Shown piece by piece: positions 59,846-64,000 of a DNA stretch of 64,000 bases; position 1 is the first letter of the stretch, and every line of letters begins with the position of its first letter. Source of the stretch: Candidatus Kerfeldbacteria bacterium (GTDB lineage Bacteria; Patescibacteriota; Patescibacteriia; UBA10025; JAHIVO01); NCBI GenBank assembly GCA_047946875.1, contig CP181398.1, forward strand, positions 79,154-143,153, read 5' to 3'. The translations under genes and the position numbers were made by a program. The notes beneath the pieces were generated by a model, which made no database searches, was not told the DNA's origin, and worked only from the letters and a program-made list of their open reading frames with translations.

Positions 59846-60949
59846 ATGCATACTATCAAAACATTAACTATAGCTTCAATAAAAATGTTTGTTAGAAATA
59901 AGCAGTCTGCTTTTTTTTCACTTTTTATGCCGTTGGTGATAATGACAATTTTTGGTTTTATTGGTTTTGATAGTGTTCCAAAAACAAATATTGGAATAGT
60001 CCTTGATAATCCAAGTGTAGGTACAGAACAATTTGTAGAACAGCTAAATAATATTGAAACATTTGAAATATTTGAAGGAACTGAAGAAGAAGAAAGAGAA
60101 GCAATGGTATCTGGAGAGCGTCATCTAATATTGATTATTCCTGATAATATGATTCCAATACCTGGAGTAGAACAAATTCCAGAAAAACAAATAATAAAAG
60201 TATTAACAGATGTCCAACAGCCACAACAGGCTCATATCGGGATGAGTATAATTAGTGAGATGCTGAATAAAACAAATTTAGCTATTGTAGGTGCGACAGA
60301 GTTATTTGAATTAGAGATAGAAGAGGTAAGTAGTAATAATGCTAGATATATTGATTTTCTACTTCCAGGTATAATCGCTATGGCAATTATGCAAATGTCT
60401 ATTTTTTCTGTTGCTTTTGTTTTTGCAGATTACAAAGAAAAAGGAATTTTGAAAAGATTGGTTGCTACGCCGATGAAACCTTATGAATTTGTAACAGCCA
60501 ATATTATTACTCGATTATTAGTGGCCTTAATACAAACAGCTATTTTGATAGCAGTTGGGGTATTTTTGCTAAACACACAGATATTAGGATCATATTTCTT
60601 GATACTACTTATTTCAATTTTAGGTGGTGTGATGTTCTTAGGCTTAGGTTTTGTTATATCAGGAATGTCTAAGACTGTAGAAGCGGTACCAGCTATTGCA
60701 AATGTTATTGCTTTTCCTATGCTATTCTTATCAGGAATATTTTTCCCAATGGAATCAATGCCAGAATGGCTCGGTAATATTGTTCAATATTTACCTCTCA
60801 CATATTTCGCTAATGCTTTACGTGAAGTGATGGGTGGGGGAGCTTCCTTCATGGATGTGTCATCTGATATTTATTGGATGTTGGCTTGGTCAGTGGTATT
60901 GATAATATTAGCAAATTATACATTTTCATTCGAAAAAAAGAGGGTATAA
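59846..60949 (+). CDS. ABC-2 type transporter permease
   Basis: YIDFLLPGI, E.GILKRL..TP, FLSGIFFP...MP.WL. Confidence 0.92.
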   Translation: MHTIKTLTIASIKMFVRNKQSAFFSLFMPLVIMTIFGFIGFDSVPKTNIGIVLDNPSVGTEQFVEQLNNIETFEIFEGTEEEEREAMVSGERHLILIIPDNMIPIPGVEQIPEKQIIKVLTDVQQPQQAHIGMSIISEMLNKTNLAIVGATELFELEIEEVSSNNARYIDFLLPGIIAMAIMQMSIFSVAFVFADYKEKGILKRLVATPMKPYEFVTANIITRLLVALIQTAILIAVGVFLLNTQILGSYFLILLISILGGVMFLGLGFVISGMSKTVEAVPAIANVIAFPMLFLSGIFFPMESMPEWLGNIVQYLPLTYFANALREVMGGGASFMDVSSDIYWMLAWSVVLIILANYTFSFEKKRV

Positions 60950-61012
60950 ATTAGAGCATAGTAAGACTCTCCTAAAAAGGGGAGTTTTTTGGTATACTGT
61001 TAATATAAAGGT

Positions 61013-62314
61013 ATGATATATTTTACTATCGCTTTTTTTATAATCATCATACTGATTATATTTAAGCCAAAAAAAATCAATGAAGCGATTATTTCTTTAT
61101 TGGGGCTAATTGTTCTAATACTTTTTGGTTTAATACAGTTCTCAGATGTTCCTCAATCACTCTTTGGAAGTGATTTTTTCCAGCCAATCAAAATAGTAAT
61201 TATTCTAATTAGTTTGGCTATAATTTCTACTACTTTAGATGATTATGGTTTCTTTAGATATATTGCTCACAAAGCAATACTTTGGTCAAAGAATAATGGT
61301 CAGTTGTTATTTAGAAATTTCTTTATATTAACTATTGTTTTGACTAGCTTCACTTCAAACGATGTTGATATTCTAACTATAACGCCAATAGTATTATGGT
61401 TTGCCTTGATCACCAAGATAAATCCAATCCCATATTTGTTTGTAACTTTTGTTGCTGCTAATACAAGCTCAATGGAATTTTTGATTGGTAATTTGACTAA
61501 TATAGTGATCGGAAATATTTTTGGTTTAGGTTTTGTAGAATTTTTCTTGATTATGGTTATACCTACTATTGTGACATTGTTTGTACAATATTTCATATTA
61601 AAATTATTGTTTCGTAAGCAATTACCTGATAAATTAGTACCCCAAGAAAAATTAGAAGAAGTAAATAAAGAAATACAAAAACCACTAATTAATCGTAAGA
61701 AGAATTATTTTGTACTAATTATTTTAGGATTAGTAATATTGGGGAGTGCTTTGTCAGATTTTTTACCGTTCGAATTGTGGATGGTTACAACTGTCGGAGC
61801 TCTAATATTGTTATCATCATTTCAATTTAATTTGATAAAAAGATTAAAATCAATTCCGTGGAATGTTGTTATTTTTGCTCTGACTTTCATAATTTTAACT
61901 GGTAAGCTTCAGTCATTTGGTATTATTGGAAAATTAACTTCATTTTTTTCAGGTGCCATGTCTGATGTATGGAGTAGTGTATTTACCTCTGGTTTTCTAA
62001 GTGGAATGTTAAGTGGCTTGATTAATAATATTCCCGCTTCAATAAGTTTAAGTAGTTTATTTCATTTATTAACATTAAATGCTAGTGATATTATTACAAA
62101 AGCTTCTGCTTATGGTCTAGTAGTTGGTACTAATATCGGCGCTTTGTTAACGCCAGTTGGAGCTTTGGCTACTATACTATGGATTACTTTGATTCGTAAT
62201 AAAGGTTTCAAATTTCCAATGAAAAAATTTATTACATATGGTCTGATAATTGGTTTTGTGTCGATTGGGGTATCTTGCACCATAATTGCTATCGAATTAT
62301 TGTTATTTTTTTGA
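61013..62314 (+). CDS. ArsB/NhaD (IT superfamily) transporter
   Basis: TSND...LT.TP, AANTSS...IGNLTN, INNIPA, GTNIG..LTPVG.LATILW. Confidence 0.85.
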   Translation: MIYFTIAFFIIIILIIFKPKKINEAIISLLGLIVLILFGLIQFSDVPQSLFGSDFFQPIKIVIILISLAIISTTLDDYGFFRYIAHKAILWSKNNGQLLFRNFFILTIVLTSFTSNDVDILTITPIVLWFALITKINPIPYLFVTFVAANTSSMEFLIGNLTNIVIGNIFGLGFVEFFLIMVIPTIVTLFVQYFILKLLFRKQLPDKLVPQEKLEEVNKEIQKPLINRKKNYFVLIILGLVILGSALSDFLPFELWMVTTVGALILLSSFQFNLIKRLKSIPWNVVIFALTFIILTGKLQSFGIIGKLTSFFSGAMSDVWSSVFTSGFLSGMLSGLINNIPASISLSSLFHLLTLNASDIITKASAYGLVVGTNIGALLTPVGALATILWITLIRNKGFKFPMKKFITYGLIIGFVSIGVSCTIIAIELLLFF

Positions 62315-62388
62315 TATATTACACACCCTTCTAAAGAAAGGTGGTTTTTGGTATACTTACTTATATTTAATATTAACATTCTATTATA

Positions 62389-63108
62389 ATGAAGTATTTA
62401 ACAATATTGATTTTTATAGTACTTTCCGTTGTTTATTACTTTACTTCGTTTGGTTCTGACGATTACTCGCAGGTATTTTTGACAATATCAACATTTTTAT
62501 TTGCTATTTTTACAGGGTTTTTTATATCAAGACAAGGGCAAAGATATAGTGCTATTAGAGAGCAAATCACAAAATTTGATGGTGAGATGTCATCTATTTA
62601 CCGTAAGTTCGGCCATCTAGGTAAAGAAGCTCAGGAATCTGCAAAAGAGATCATTCATGACCACTATGAAAAAATACTTACTCATAAAAAGTGGGATTAT
62701 CATTTCATAAATCCTTCAAATACAATCACTGATTGTCACCAACTTTTAGAAAGCGTGGCTAAAGATAAGAGCTTGCCGAGTTTGCAAAATTTTGCAGTCC
62801 AGAGAATCCTTGTGTCTCTCGAAAGTGTACAGGTGGCGCGGAAGGGTATGGTCGCCCTGCACCAAGAACGGATTCCGCGGTTCCAGTGGGTGCTGGTATA
62901 TTTTTTGGTAGCCATCCTTCTGGTGGCAGTTTCTACGATTCCGTCAGAAGGTTTTTTGATCGGATCAATTTTGAAAGGAGCGTTTTCAAGTTCGGCCCTT
63001 TTTGTCGTTATTCTCCTGAATTCATTTGACAGGTTACATTTTTTTGAAGGCACGATCGGTGAAAATTCTGCCAGGGATATTCTGGATATTTTTGCTGGTA
63101 AAAAATAA
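62389..63108 (+). CDS. membrane protein, DUF4239/bestrophin-like
   Basis: 2 TM, helical linker, 2 TM. LFAIFTGF and terminal D..F.G pattern. Confidence 0.55.
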   Translation: MKYLTILIFIVLSVVYYFTSFGSDDYSQVFLTISTFLFAIFTGFFISRQGQRYSAIREQITKFDGEMSSIYRKFGHLGKEAQESAKEIIHDHYEKILTHKKWDYHFINPSNTITDCHQLLESVAKDKSLPSLQNFAVQRILVSLESVQVARKGMVALHQERIPRFQWVLVYFLVAILLVAVSTIPSEGFLIGSILKGAFSSSALFVVILLNSFDRLHFFEGTIGENSARDILDIFAGKK

Positions 63109-63111
63109 TTT

Positions 63112-64000
63112 ATGCCAAAAAAAATAAAAATTGCTATCGCCAGTTTCGAACCGCTTGTTATTAAGAAGGGAGATTCTTATAGTGGTTTTGAAATTGAATT
63201 GTGGGAAAAAATTGCGCGTGATTTAAAATTGGATTATGAATATGTATATTATCCTTTTGTTGAAGTTTTGCCAAAATTAAAAAATGCCGAGGTTGATATT
63301 GCTATAGCTGGAATTACAATAAATGGAGAACGTGAAGAGTATCTAGATTTTACTTACAAGACATTTGATTCAGGATTGAATATATTAACCAATGTAAAAA
63401 AAGGAAGAAGTTTTTTATCCTCCGTAAAGCAAATTTTTAATGTTGAAGTTGGAAAAATATTATTATTACTTTTGGGTTTTGTTTTTATTGCTGCCAATGT
63501 TTTATGGCTTGTCGAGAGAGGATCTAAACATATAAGTGATAATTATTTTAGTGGAATAGTTGATTCTTTTTGGTGGGGAGTCGTAACTGTTAGTACAGTC
63601 GGGTATGGTGATATTGTACCACTATCTTTAGGAGGACGCGTTGTTGGAGTTTTTGTGATTATGATAGGATTGGCAATATTCGGTTTGTATGTTGCAAAAA
63701 TAAGTTCTTCTATGACTATCCAGGAAATTAAATCAGATATACAGGGTGAGTCAGACTTGAAAGGGAAGAAGATAGCTACGGTTCAAGGATCAACCAGCGT
63801 TGATTTTTTACAAAAAGTAGGGGCGAAAGTTGTTGAGGTAAAGAAAATTGAGGATGCTTATCAGAAACTTGAAACATTCAATGTTGATGCGGTGGTGTTT
63901 GATGCACCAGTGCTTTTGAATTACCAAAATATCCAAGAAAAAAATAATTTTATTATAGCTGGAGAACTAATGAAACCCCAATCTTACGGAATTGCATTTC
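63112..64000 (+). CDS. prokaryotic ionotropic glutamate receptor-like (GluR0-type) K+ channel, 3' truncated by window edge
   Basis: Manual translation: S1 (GFEIELW, DIAIAGITINGERE..LDF), TM (WLVER), pore FWWGVVTVSTVGYGD, TM, S2 (IATVQGSTS, DAVVFDAP, YGIAF). Confidence 0.88.
   Translation, partial: MPKKIKIAIASFEPLVIKKGDSYSGFEIELWEKIARDLKLDYEYVYYPFVEVLPKLKNAEVDIAIAGITINGEREEYLDFTYKTFDSGLNILTNVKKGRSFLSSVKQIFNVEVGKILLLLLGFVFIAANVLWLVERGSKHISDNYFSGIVDSFWWGVVTVSTVGYGDIVPLSLGGRVVGVFVIMIGLAIFGLYVAKISSSMTIQEIKSDIQGESDLKGKKIATVQGSTSVDFLQKVGAKVVEVKKIEDAYQKLETFNVDAVVFDAPVLLNYQNIQEKNNFIIAGELMKPQSYGIAF

Noticed and set aside
25142-62314. Genetic code 25 (TGA=Gly) as in Gracilibacteria
   Set aside because: Long conserved genes are intact under code 11, and TGA ends full-length genes (25630, 62314)
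375-62314. ArsR and ArsB-like genes as one ars operon
   Set aside because: They are 60 kb apart, there is no arsC, and transporter substrate cannot be assigned from motifs

Overview
Very AT-rich, gene-dense bacterial chromosome segment, almost all on the + strand, using genetic code 11. It has the hallmarks of a Patescibacteria (CPR/Parcubacteria-like) genome: no rpmD in the spc cluster, extended ribosomal proteins, a CPR-type pilin, NT-rich linkers and few Shine-Dalgarno sites. The lineage call is inference. The core content is the str/S10/spc ribosomal cluster (rpsL to secY, adk, map), recR-ybaB-dnaB, asnS/aspS, scpAB, tpiA-fba-gap and two tRNAs (Lys-TTT, Glu-CTC). Reading the raw sequence adds several ORFs missing from the track: an RNHCP protein, a Cys/His-rich metallothionein-like peptide behind an ArsR/SmtB repressor, a histone-H1-like Lys-rich repeat protein, rpmB, a 29-aa membrane microprotein upstream of the pilin and a truncated GluR0-like ligand-gated K+ channel. 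The best leads for novelty are a 1032-aa protein with a hypervariable 39/34-aa helical repeat array, the ArsR plus metallothionein-like module, a terminator/antiterminator RNA between rpsJ and rplC, nested GC-rich palindromic elements and an amphipathic N-terminal extension on uL23. I found no CRISPR array, rRNA, transposase or prophage.
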